Below, piece by piece: positions 41,445 to 51,319 of a DNA stretch of 64,000 nucleotides. The DNA comes from Candidatus Poribacteria bacterium (lineage in GTDB: Bacteria; Poribacteria; WGA-4E; PCPOR2b). The stretch spans positions 3,776,001-3,840,000 of the forward strand of contig OZ244587.1 of NCBI GenBank assembly GCA_965218095.1, written 5' to 3'. A program made the position numbers and the translations under genes. Numbering within the stretch: the first letter of the stretch is position 1; every line of letters begins with the position of its first letter. The notes below the pieces were generated by a model. That model was not told the DNA's origin and searched no databases. It saw only the letters and a program-made list of their open reading frames with translations.

Positions 41445-42841
41445 GACTTTCCCTGTTCCCCTGCCATCCGCGTTCTGAATGCGTCCAACGATAGTTGCAC
41501 AGGCTTCTTATGACAAAACAGTGACACGTCCTCAAGGCGGCGTATCGCCCGTTGAACGTATTTCTGTTCTTTTTCGACGAGGAAGAAGAACCGTTCAAGC
41601 GACATGGCGGCACTCCCAACCGTTCCAATCCCGCCAAACGGATCAAACACCAGATCTCCTTTGAATGAGTAAAATTGGAGCACGCGCGCAGCCAACTCGA
41701 TCGGAAAGACTGCCGGGTGAATTTTATCGTTGGACGGGTTAATCTTCCAGATGTTTGTCTTTTCGTAATCCCCTTTGACTTTGCTCGCCTCAATCGTCTC
41801 GGCGTCATACTGTCTCATATTCCAGTCAATGAGCTTGTCGGTTTTCTTCCGATAGACGATGACAGATTCCGAAATAGAATTTGCCTTGTACCCCAACGGT
41901 TTGCGATGCTGAAAGAATCCACCATTTCGATTTTTCGCGCACTGCTCGGGCTTGACCCAGATAATATCTTCGATAAACTCCCATCCCATTTGTGTCAACG
42001 GTGGGTGAATGTCGAAGGGAATGGCATACCGCTTGCTTGAATGAGCACGACTCATTCGCGGAATGATAACGGGCGAGGTATTTAATACAAAAAAGCGTCC
42101 TTCCTTTGTAATGCGATGCACCGCCTTAAAAACATCCGCCAAAAACGTTAGATAGCCATCGTAGCTTGGGTAAATTGTGTAGTCACGGGCGTTGTAATAG
42201 GGTGGGGAGGTGAAGGTTAAGTGGATGGATTCGTCAGGCACATGTCTCAGTGTTTCGCGGACGTCGGCGTGAACAAGCACGTTTTTGAGGGCATCGAGGC
42301 TCAACGGATGTGTCTTGTCCCTTGTCCCTCTCTTTTGCTCAGCGTGCAGTTCTTTACGGATAGCGTCTTGAATCTCTGAGTTTGGATGATCTGTCAATGG
42401 AAGCAAAGCGGATTGAACTTCCGGCAGTTTTTTGAAGTGCAGCAGAGCGCGAATTGCTTGCAGAATGACCTTTGGATCTCCATCATGCAAAAACTGAGAA
42501 AGGACTGGGATTGCCTTTTCGGTTCGCATTCGTCCAATCGTTGAGATTGCTTCGCGGCGAGTCAACGTATTTTCTTCGCCGGTTGCCAATTCTGAAACGG
42601 CGTCAAGCCATGATGGGTCTTTCAGCTTTCCAAGATTCTTTACGGCAAGCAGGCGAATTTTGGCGTTCGGGTGGTGAAGCAGCCGCGCGAGCAAGCTGCC
42701 ATTGAAATCACGCGGCAATTTGCCCAGGGTTTCAAGAACAATTAGCAACGTTTGTTCATCACTTGTTGGCGCGAGAATTTCGGCGAAAAACGGAGCATCG
42801 CGCAAGGTTTTTTTTGTTTCGATGAATTCTTTTGTTAGCAT
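41441..42841 (-). CDS. beta-class N4-cytosine DNA methyltransferase with N-terminal HEAT repeats
   Basis: FTSPPY (motif IV) precedes DPFGGIGT (motif I); N-terminal IRLLAVKNLGKL / RREAISTIGRM / VILQAIRAL repeats. Confidence 0.9.
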   Translation of the reverse strand: MLTKEFIETKKTLRDAPFFAEILAPTSDEQTLLIVLETLGKLPRDFNGSLLARLLHHPNAKIRLLAVKNLGKLKDPSWLDAVSELATGEENTLTRREAISTIGRMRTEKAIPVLSQFLHDGDPKVILQAIRALLHFKKLPEVQSALLPLTDHPNSEIQDAIRKELHAEQKRGTRDKTHPLSLDALKNVLVHADVRETLRHVPDESIHLTFTSPPYYNARDYTIYPSYDGYLTFLADVFKAVHRITKEGRFFVLNTSPVIIPRMSRAHSSKRYAIPFDIHPPLTQMGWEFIEDIIWVKPEQCAKNRNGGFFQHRKPLGYKANSISESVIVYRKKTDKLIDWNMRQYDAETIEASKVKGDYEKTNIWKINPSNDKIHPAVFPIELAARVLQFYSFKGDLVFDPFGGIGTVGSAAMSLERFFFLVEKEQKYVQRAIRRLEDVSLFCHKKPVQLSLDAFRTRMAGEQGKS

Positions 42842-43476
42842 TTTGAATCGCTACAACGAAGAGCGTTTTCAAGTAGCCCCCAAAGCCGCTCGACTAAACT
42901 CGCTAACGGAAGTCCAACCACGTTGGAATAACAACCTTCGATCCGCTTGACGAAAGCCGCGCCTCGTCCCTGAATCCCGTAAGCTCCCGCCTTATCCGAT
43001 GTCTCTCCACTGCGGACATATGCTAATATCTCTGATTGATGCAATTTCCTAAAATAGACAGTCGTTTTTTCCACCCATACCACTTCGTTTTCCCGCTCGA
43101 GATCAATCAACACAACACCGGTGATCACCTCATGCCGGTTTCCGCTCAGTCGCGTTAAGATTTCGACTGCGTGCGCATCGTTCTCTGGTTTGCCAATCGG
43201 CTGTCCGTCGATGACGACAACGGTGTCTGCTCCAATGACGAGCCCTCTACTAAAGTTCACAGCAATCGTTCTTGCTTTTGTGAGAGCGAGTTCCTGGACG
43301 GCAATGGTAGGCGACATATGTGTGATGTCTGGCTCTTCCACTTGGCTCGGGCACACCTGAAATTCAAGTCCAACCTGCCTGAGGAGCTCGGCGCGTCGTG
43401 GCGACTTAGAGGCAAGTACGATATTGGGAAATACTTCGTGCAATTGGGCGCTCTCAATCATTTGAGCTGATACCAC
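42835..43476 (-). CDS. maf: Maf/YhdE nucleotide pyrophosphatase
   Basis: LASKSPRRAELL, GADTVV, GKP, DKAGAYGIQG, NVVGLP. Confidence 0.95.
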   Translation of the reverse strand: MVSAQMIESAQLHEVFPNIVLASKSPRRAELLRQVGLEFQVCPSQVEEPDITHMSPTIAVQELALTKARTIAVNFSRGLVIGADTVVVIDGQPIGKPENDAHAVEILTRLSGNRHEVITGVVLIDLERENEVVWVEKTTVYFRKLHQSEILAYVRSGETSDKAGAYGIQGRGAAFVKRIEGCYSNVVGLPLASLVERLWGLLENALRCSDSKC

Positions 43477-43721
43477 CTGACGCCGCGTTCAGTCCGCACT
43501 TGTAACAATCCAGCATCGGTGAGTTCTTTGAAGCCTTTCTGAATTTCACTCTTAGAGAAGCCAATCTGTTGCAGTCGTTGAATTAACTGAGGTGCACGAA
43601 ACCAGTCCTGATCTTTGGGGGACTGGTAGGCTTTCTTAAAAACCTCTAGTGCACCATACAAACGGAGGGCTGTTGAAGAAAGCCCCACTAAGGGGTTGGT
43701 TACACTGCAGCAAGATAGCAT
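43458..43721 (-). CDS. small hypothetical protein, possible winged-helix fold
   Basis: AAGGAGG RBS before ATG at 43721; overlaps the maf start; GFSKSEIQKGFKELTDAGLL...WYQL resembles a wHTH. Confidence 0.6.
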   Translation of the reverse strand: MLSCCSVTNPLVGLSSTALRLYGALEVFKKAYQSPKDQDWFRAPQLIQRLQQIGFSKSEIQKGFKELTDAGLLQVRTERGVRWYQLK

Positions 43722-43748
43722 AATTCCCTCCTTGCCAATTGCTGGCAT

Positions 43749-43893
43749 GTTGTATATGCGTGAAATTTACGTGCTTCGGTCAACCTCTGCAAGCCGCCAA
43801 CGCCGATCGGCGCTAACGCAGGCTTACAAGAGACCTTCAACGAAACACATACGTTTATTAAGAGGGAATCGTTTCATAAACGGGCATTACAAC
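43749..43893 (-). ncRNA. putative structured RNA (long rod-like fold), unassigned
   Basis: Nested complementary blocks; many mismatches resolve as G-U pairs on the minus strand. Confidence 0.35.
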
Positions 43894-43908
43894 CTATTCC
43901 GGGTCACG

Positions 43909-45280
43909 TCATGCCTTCACCCCAATATCTTCCTTTGTCAAGCCGTAAAGCTTGTAGACGATCTGATCAATGAGTTCATCCGTTTTTTGAATGCAAACGA
44001 TCAACGGTTTGAGCTTATTAACCTTTGGTGCTAGTTAGAGACTAAATTGAGCAATCGATAAAGGCATAAACCCATCTGCGTCAGCCTCAAAGCCATTCCA
44101 CTGCACCAAGAGATTAAACAACGCCATCGTGAAAGCGAGGCGTGTTTTGAAATAGGCCCAACAACGATGCATCACTTTCTTAAAGTGGCACACCACCGTC
44201 AACATCGACAAAACAGTTTCTACCAGCATCCGACAATTCCATTCCCCTCGTCGGCACAGACGCAAGTTGGAAGGAAACCAATCGACCTTGGCAAACCCTT
44301 CATCGGCAAAAACAACCATCTGGTCACAGACCCCATCAACAAGATGTTGGAAGCGACTACCGTCGTGCACATTGGCAGTATCACAATCCCAGTCGACAAT
44401 TAGTCCAAGATGATTGAGCAGCAGACAAAGCTTCCCCCCCACAATCCAGCGTTGGTTGGATATCCCTTTCCGGCCCATTTGCTGCTCAGAACGACATTCT
44501 CGGCGGGGGTGAATCAGTTCGATACCATAACCGATGAGTGAAGGATTTGCCATGAAAATATCAGTCAGATGTTGATGATTGTTGAACAAGCGAAACAAGC
44601 GGGTTCGCTCGGGTAAATTGGGGAACCAGGGTTTGTAATTGTTTTCTATCCAGCGGTAGAAGGCTCGGTTGCCAACGCCTTTGAGTGCAAAAAGTAAGGC
44701 GAGGGTTACCACTTCAGAGGGATAGAGATTGGCTTGGGTATGCTTTTGGTTTTTCTGGTGTTGTGTGAGTTTATCATCTACACAACAGAACAATTGTGTG
44801 ATAAAATCTATAAGGGGCATGAGTCTGGATTTCCTCCCGTTAATCAAGAATTGTCTAACACTTAGATTAACGGTAGAATCGAGGAAATCGTCTCATGACC
44901 TCAATCCAGCGAGGACCAAAGCGAAGCCAGGGTGTTCTGTTATGCCCATTGACTTCCACCAAATTCCAAACTAGCACCATTGGTTATTATGGCTCGTTTG
45001 AAACTCCTGTTCGATGCGCTCCTGAAACGCTCGTCCTGATGGATCGACGTCCATCGTCTGGCGATTCTTCTTGAGGACATCAATCAACGCCTTGAGTGAT
45101 TTCTCGTAGTAGTGATGAATCGCGGTCTTGTTCTTCAATAAATCAATTGGGGCGCCGATTTCCCGATCCAGCCAGCGCAGAAAGCCACGAATCTCGTTCC
45201 CTCTCGCCTCGTTCATCTCGATCATCTTTTCCGCGAGGAAGGCGAGGAGGTTGTGGACGACATCAGATCGCTCCGGCTTC
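43909..45280 (-). pseudogene. C-terminal remnant of a type IIG (Eco57I/TaqI-like) R-M enzyme, split by IS982
   Basis: SDVVHNLLAFLAEKMIEMN...EFQTSHN|KLKPL...TDELIDQIVYKLYGLTKEDI; frame is restored when the IS and one TATTA are removed. Confidence 0.8.
44021..44984 (-). mobile_element. IS982-type element A
   Basis: IRs ACCTTTGGTGCTAG / CTAGCACCATTGGT with 5-bp duplication TATTA; transposase 44035-44820 (PSEVVT, FPNLPERTRLFR, RMLVET), apparently missing the first catalytic Asp region. Confidence 0.88.
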
Positions 45281-45388
45281 GCGGAGAGGAGATTGGGTGA
45301 GTGGTAATTGGTGAAACCGCCCAACCATTCACCACTCCACCACTCCACCACTCACCAAAGTCCCTAACGAATTATGACCATCCCTCGA

Positions 45389-45500
45389 TTGACATACTCC
45401 CCACGAATGAATTCGGGGGATTCTGGGCTTCAGGCAGCGACCACCTCAGTCGATTGAGGGCTTCCATCGCTTAACCCAAGCGTCGATGCCCCGACGCTTT
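45389..45500 (-). mobile_element. orphan IS200/IS605 right end (tnpB 3' tail plus reRNA scaffold)
   Basis: Minus strand encodes VGASTLGLSDG...AA* and continues GAAGCCCAGAATCCCCCGAATTCATTCGTGGGGAGTATGTCAA. Confidence 0.75.
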
Positions 45501-45523
45501 TCTCTAAATCACGTTTCACACAC

Positions 45524-46756
45524 TTATCGCCATGCACGCTGAATCTTCGCAACAGCTTCCACGATGTCGTCCATGTCTTCGCGTGAACCGAGCAGGAGAT
45601 TCTGGAACAGCCAAATGCTTTCCTGGCATACCTGCTCCGTGACCGGACACGGAAGTTCACGGATTAAGCGCGGATATTTCTGAGCGGCATGCGCTATGCC
45701 AGCGTCCTTTGAAAGCGGGGAACCATATCCATTTGAACAGGGAATGCCTTCTGCGCTCAACATCTTGAGAAATTCGTCGCGCGGCTTGCCGCCGAACCCT
45801 TCTGGGTTGTACTTTGCGCAATACAGGTGATAACCGTGTTTGGTAACCCAGTGACTCAGTTTTGGCGGCGTGATGCCTTCAATTTGCTTGAGCTCCGTTG
45901 AGAGATAAGCCGCGTTTACATTTCGGAGGTCTGTTTGCGTCTCCAGCTTTTCCAGACGCGGGATGAGCAGCGCGGCAAGATATTCTGATGGGCGATAGTT
46001 CCAGCCGAGACGCGGATATTCCCATCGTGCGCCGCCAGGCACCCGTCCAACGTTCATGAAGGCGTAGACGCGATCGCTAACGTCTTTGTCATCGGTTGTC
46101 ACTATCCCGCCTTCACCCGAAGTCAGGTTTTTGGACGATTGAAAGCTGAAAGCCCCTGCATCGCCGAGTGAACCGACCTTTTTCCTTTGATATTCAGCCC
46201 CGTGTGCTTGCGCACAGTCCTCGACGATCTGAAGTCCATGTTTGTCCACGATTTGTCGCAGGGCAGCCATGTTTGCGGGGTGTCCACCCAAATGCACCGG
46301 CAAAATCGCCCGTGTGCGGTTCGGGTCAATTGCAGCCTCCATCGCAGCGGGGGCGATTGTGAAGTTATCTGGATCAATGTCCACAAACGCAATCGTGCAA
46401 TTCCGGTCAAGGGCTGCACTCGCTGTTGCGACAAAAGTGTAGTTCGGAATAATCACCTCGCCGCCATCGCCAAAACCGTCCAGATCTAGCACGCCAGTCA
46501 ACGCTGCACTGATTGCGTCCGTCCCGTGCGGCATAAACACAGCGTATTTTGTGCCGGTGTATTTGGCATACTTGTCATTAAGCTCTTCCGTTTTTTGACC
46601 GCCCAATCCTTCTGTCGCACTGAGATAGACTTTACGCAGTCTCGGTTCAATTTCTGATTCCCATTCCTCTACACTTGTCACGGGTGAAACGGGCCAAGGC
46701 TTGGCCTGCATGTCACGGACAGGAGTCCCGCCAGATATAGCTAATGTGTCTGCCAT
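45524..46756 (-). CDS. DegT/DnrJ/EryC1/StrS aminotransferase
   Basis: TFVATA, PVHLGG, EDCAQAHG, FSFQSSKNLTSGEGG, GWNYR. Confidence 0.95.
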   Translation of the reverse strand: MADTLAISGGTPVRDMQAKPWPVSPVTSVEEWESEIEPRLRKVYLSATEGLGGQKTEELNDKYAKYTGTKYAVFMPHGTDAISAALTGVLDLDGFGDGGEVIIPNYTFVATASAALDRNCTIAFVDIDPDNFTIAPAAMEAAIDPNRTRAILPVHLGGHPANMAALRQIVDKHGLQIVEDCAQAHGAEYQRKKVGSLGDAGAFSFQSSKNLTSGEGGIVTTDDKDVSDRVYAFMNVGRVPGGARWEYPRLGWNYRPSEYLAALLIPRLEKLETQTDLRNVNAAYLSTELKQIEGITPPKLSHWVTKHGYHLYCAKYNPEGFGGKPRDEFLKMLSAEGIPCSNGYGSPLSKDAGIAHAAQKYPRLIRELPCPVTEQVCQESIWLFQNLLLGSREDMDDIVEAVAKIQRAWR

Positions 46757-46859
46757 AGTTTTTATATTTCCTCTGTTTTCCTTTACGTTTTACGTTTCAT
46801 GTTTTACGCATCATGCCGTTATTATACCACGACAGAATATGAATGCCACAAGAAATTTT

Positions 46860-47768
46860 TCACGACAGCAGCCGATAAAGGTACGGCGCCAGTCCAAACA
46901 TAACACCCGCCAAAACCGTTCCGGCGACCGCGTCAACCGCGTAATGAAATCGCCCATACACCGTGCTGATGACTAGCCCTGTGCCAAATGGGCATAAGAC
47001 GGTGAAAGCGATTTGATCATAGCGGGCGGCGTAGAGGACGACAATCACGGCAATTGCACAGTGGGAACTGGGGAACGCCGTACCTTTGGATGACGCACCG
47101 GAAAGAATCGCGTGTACGAGTTTGAAAAAAAAACCGTCTGCGAGATGTCCTTTGATTTTCTCAAACTTATATCGTGGTCCCGTGACCGGCATAAAAATAA
47201 ACCAGATGAGACATAGATTAAAGGTCAGCACCTCCGCAAAAACCGCTTCGTGAAATGCCTCCTGCCTGCCTTGAAAGTAAAGCACTGCGGCAAGCGCAAC
47301 AACGATTCCGTAGTAACTGAAATAAGACAGGTGTAAAAATTCAGAAAGCATCCTTGACGGAAACCGCCCACTCAGATAAGCGCTCGGTTGTCCTTTGAAT
47401 AACCAATCTTCCCACTCCACAATTTTATCATCAAGATATCCCTGATAAACCACCTGCGTGAGCGGGAGAATCTCCCAGTAAAACAGCGGAATCGTCGCGA
47501 TTGGATACCAGTTCCGTAATATTTGCAGTGGGAGTGGTAAGGCCCCTTCGGGAATAAAACTAAGCGAGAGGAGACCCAATATAACCGCCAGATGGGTGAA
47601 TAAATAGCCCCCCCACCAACGCAAATTCTTACGAAAGATGCAGATCAGCACTCCGGTGATTGCAAGATAAAAGATCGTAATCCAGTCAGGAGGGAGGAGG
47701 AAGTTGGGGAGCGAGAAGAATTGTTCGAGAAATCTGTTCATGTTACAATAAAACGTAAAGGAGATCAT
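46860..47768 (-). CDS. PAP2-superfamily membrane protein (AUR1/IPC-synthase-like)
   Basis: YFSYY, PVTGPR, AFPSSH, HYAVDAVAG. Confidence 0.85.
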   Translation of the reverse strand: MISFTFYCNMNRFLEQFFSLPNFLLPPDWITIFYLAITGVLICIFRKNLRWWGGYLFTHLAVILGLLSLSFIPEGALPLPLQILRNWYPIATIPLFYWEILPLTQVVYQGYLDDKIVEWEDWLFKGQPSAYLSGRFPSRMLSEFLHLSYFSYYGIVVALAAVLYFQGRQEAFHEAVFAEVLTFNLCLIWFIFMPVTGPRYKFEKIKGHLADGFFFKLVHAILSGASSKGTAFPSSHCAIAVIVVLYAARYDQIAFTVLCPFGTGLVISTVYGRFHYAVDAVAGTVLAGVMFGLAPYLYRLLS

Positions 47769-47868
47769 GGACCGAACGATCGGTGTTCGTGGACTCTTTG
47801 AATGGGATTCTGATCTCGAAGATGTGTATTAGGTATTCACCCCTGATCAAAGATCGGGGTTTCGGATC

Positions 47869-50590
47869 TCACTCCGCCCTCAACGCATCCGCTGGCTGCG
47901 TCTTGCCCATGCGCCAAGCCGGATAGACTCCCGCTAACAATGCTGCAACTAGCGCAACAATGAACGCTTGCAGGAAATATTCTGGCTGAAGGTGCATTCG
48001 CAACGTCCAGCCGAAAGAACGCAGGTTGATGATGTAGATGAGAATCACAGCGAGGACAAATCCCGTTGGCGCCGCGATTAGGCCGGCGCATCCCCCCATC
48101 AACCCCGTTTCCAGCAGCGTCAGCTTCCACAACTGCCGGCGTGTCAAACCGACGGCTCTCAGCGTACCGAGTTCTCGACTGCGCTCCAGTTGCAGGCTCA
48201 TCAGCGTGCTTAACACACCAATAAACGCCACCACCGTAGCGAGCATTTGCAGCACGGCGGTGATGCTGAAGGTGCGGTCGAAAACGGCGAGGGAGTTTTC
48301 CCGAAGTCCTCGGTTGGATCGAATCACCAATTCGACCGCGCCGGCGAATGCCCCCCGCAGTTCGTCGATCTTGGCATCCACATCTACACCGGCTTCCACA
48401 AAGAGCGCGACAGATGACAGATCGGGGTCGTCCCAGAATTGACGGTAGATGGGGTCGTGGATGAGGGCGCCGGGCCGGACATCGAAATCGTAAGCCACAG
48501 CCACAATTGAGAATCGCCGTTTGCCCCGATCTGTGAGCAGCGTCACTTCATCGCCGACGTGTAATTTAAATCGATTTGCCATCGGCTCGTTGACAATTAG
48601 CCCACCCACTTCTAACGCCCGCCAGGTGGCGAGATAATCGCCTGCCGTTGCTTTGTAGTGACGCTTCTCGCCTGCGATGTCCATGTTGACCACAACCAAT
48701 TCGAGGATGCCCAGATTGCCTGCGCTGACCTCCACCACCCGACTCGTCGCAATCCGGGCAATACCGGGGAATGTAGCCAATTTCTCCGCCACGCCGCGCT
48801 CAAGCGGTGATGTTGCCCGGCTGGAAATGAGACTCGGCGACGAGACAAAGATATCCGCCTGCAGGAGGTCTGTTAGCCAACGCTCCACCGTTAGACGGAA
48901 GCTACCGATCATCAGGCTGACGCCGACAATCACGCTGACTACCACCATCAGGGCGGCGACGGCGACGGAGGTTCGGCTCAATGAGCGAGTGATGTCACGG
49001 ATTGCCATGCGTTCTAAAACGTGAGGCGTGTTCCATATTGCGTATTGCGTAAAACGTAGCGGGGTATCCTTCCTTTCTCCGGTCTTTGACCGAGAGTCCG
49101 AGACCTTCCCTCCTTCCTTTCCTTCCCTTCTTCCCTTCTTCCCTTCCTCCCGTTCCTCGTTTCCATAATCCTGTAGTTCTATCGATGATACGCATTAACC
49201 AAAGAGTCATCGCAGGCGTTAGCAGGGCGATACCGATGATAACCGCAAAGACACCCGCAAACGTGATGCCCAAATGCCATTCGGGAAGCAGCAGGGCGGC
49301 GGCCAGTAGCAATATCCCCACGCCAACTCCGCTAACCCAGGGCAGTGCGGTATGTCCCCGTTCTTCGATATTGCTGCGCTGGAGTGCACCCGCGGGAGGA
49401 ACGCTAGTTGCCTCGTAAGCTGGCAGGAGGGCAGCCGCCAACGCCGCGCCGATACCACTAATAGCACCCTTGAACAACGTCAAGGAAGGGAAGTCGATCT
49501 CACACACCGTGACGACAAAAAAGAGATCATTGATGCTGGTTGTTACCATTTGTACGGCGCTCCGCCCCAGCAATTTTCCTAACTCAAGTCCAATCACCGT
49601 GCCGATAACGCCAAGCAGTCCAGCCTCGACCAGAATCATGGCGAAGATCTCACCTCGGGTCATACCCAGCGCACGCAGGCTGCCCAACACAGGTCGCTGC
49701 TGCACCACGCTGAAGGCAACCGTGTTATAAATCAGGAACATCCCGACCACCAGCGCAAGCAAACTGAGGGCTGTCAAGTTCAGTCGGAATGCAGCCGTCA
49801 TATCTTCCACAGCCCCGTTGCGGGCGGACGGACGCTCAATCCGGGCGCCGGGCGGAAGAATAGCGGTGATGCGTGCGAGAGTCATCGGTCCGGCTTGGCC
49901 TTTCGGAATAATCAGGTCGATCCGATCGAGCTTACCGACTTTGCCCAGCACCTCCTGAGCTGTCGCAATGTCAGTAAACAGAAGTCTATCGAGAGCGTGT
50001 CGGGGCGTGTCGTCATCTGATTTCAGCGCATCTACAATCTGCAAAACGTGACGACGGCTACCTACTTGTACCCGGATGGAATCGCCCACGTTCAGATGAT
50101 AGCGATCGGCAAGAGGCACACTGATCAGGACGGACCCCGGCTGAACCATAAACTCGCTGAATATATTGGTATCCGCAAAGCCGGTATTACCGTCACCAAG
50201 ATAAGTCCGGAAGTGAGATTCGGCGAAACTATCTACCCCCAACAAGCGCATCGGCTGTGCATCCAATTCTTCGGCGATGACGTAGCCTTCAACCACCGGT
50301 GCACTGAGCCGATAACCCAACCGACGTCGCAAAGTAACATAAACGTCCTCGTCTAAGCCGCTGGGCCCGCCGACAATCTGATGGGTAGCTTTGCCCGCCA
50401 CAGCTTCCGTGCCTAAAGCAAAGGCACGATTCGCGGAATTGTTGGCTAAGTCTATTGCGACAATCATCACCACGCCCAACCCCACACCGATGATGAAGAA
50501 GATGCTCTGCAGGGGCCGACGCCAGGCGTGTCCCCAAGCTAAAGTGATTGACAACTGAATATTGAATGTTGATTGATATTTGATTTTCAA
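47869..50590 (-). pseudogene. FtsX/MacB-type double-domain ABC permease, frameshifted by a repeat insertion
   Basis: [23 protein letters not shown] and INLRSFGW motifs; two ORFs joined across low-complexity sequence at ~49022-49163. Confidence 0.85.
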
Positions 50591-51281
50591 TCTTCCTTAC
50601 TGACGAGCTTACCCCCTTCGATGTGCAGCACCCGGTCAGCGCGACGCGCGATCTCTGGAGCATGGGTCGCCATCAACAGCATTTTGCCTGCATTGTGGCT
50701 CATCTCCAGTAACAGCGACAAGACAATCTCGCCGGTCTCTGTGTCCAGATTGCCGGTTGGCTCATCGGCGAGCAGCAGCAGGGGGTTATGGACGAGCGCG
50801 CGAGCGATGGCAACGCGCTGTTGCTCACCCCCACTCAGCTTGTCTGGATAGGCGTCTAGCCGATTGCCAAGCCCCACATGCTCAAGCAGCGCACCGGCTT
50901 GAGCCCGCCCCTCCCTGCCGCCAGTAAGTTCCAGCGGCAGTGTGGCGTTTTCCAGCGCCGTCAGGGTCGGGATGAGGTTGAAAAACTGGAAGATAATACC
51001 GATGTGGCGACGGCGGAAGAGCGTGCGGTGGTTTTCGTTCAGGCGAGTAATGGCGATTTCTCGATTGCCGCTTCGAATGAACACATGACCACTGCTCGGG
51101 GCATCAATACCGGAGATCAGATTGAGCAACGTGCTTTTCCCGCTGCCAGATTTACCGAGCACGCAGACGAATTCGCCTTCGTAGAATTCCTGGCTGAGTT
51201 CGTTCAACACAATTCGGCTTTGACCCGCTTCGCTATAGGCTTTGCTCAGGTGGTCTAGCCTTACCAGTGTAGAGAGTTTAT
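50587..51281 (-). CDS. ABC transporter ATP-binding protein (LolD/MacB-type)
   Basis: [34 protein letters not shown]; start approximate. Confidence 0.92.
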
Positions 51282-51319
51282 TCACACGATTAAGTGAACT
51301 TCCACAATTCATTTCGCTC

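Noticed and set aside
43696-44034. 112-aa plus-strand ORF
   Set aside because: Antisense to the R-M remnant and the hairpin, and ends in an IS IR
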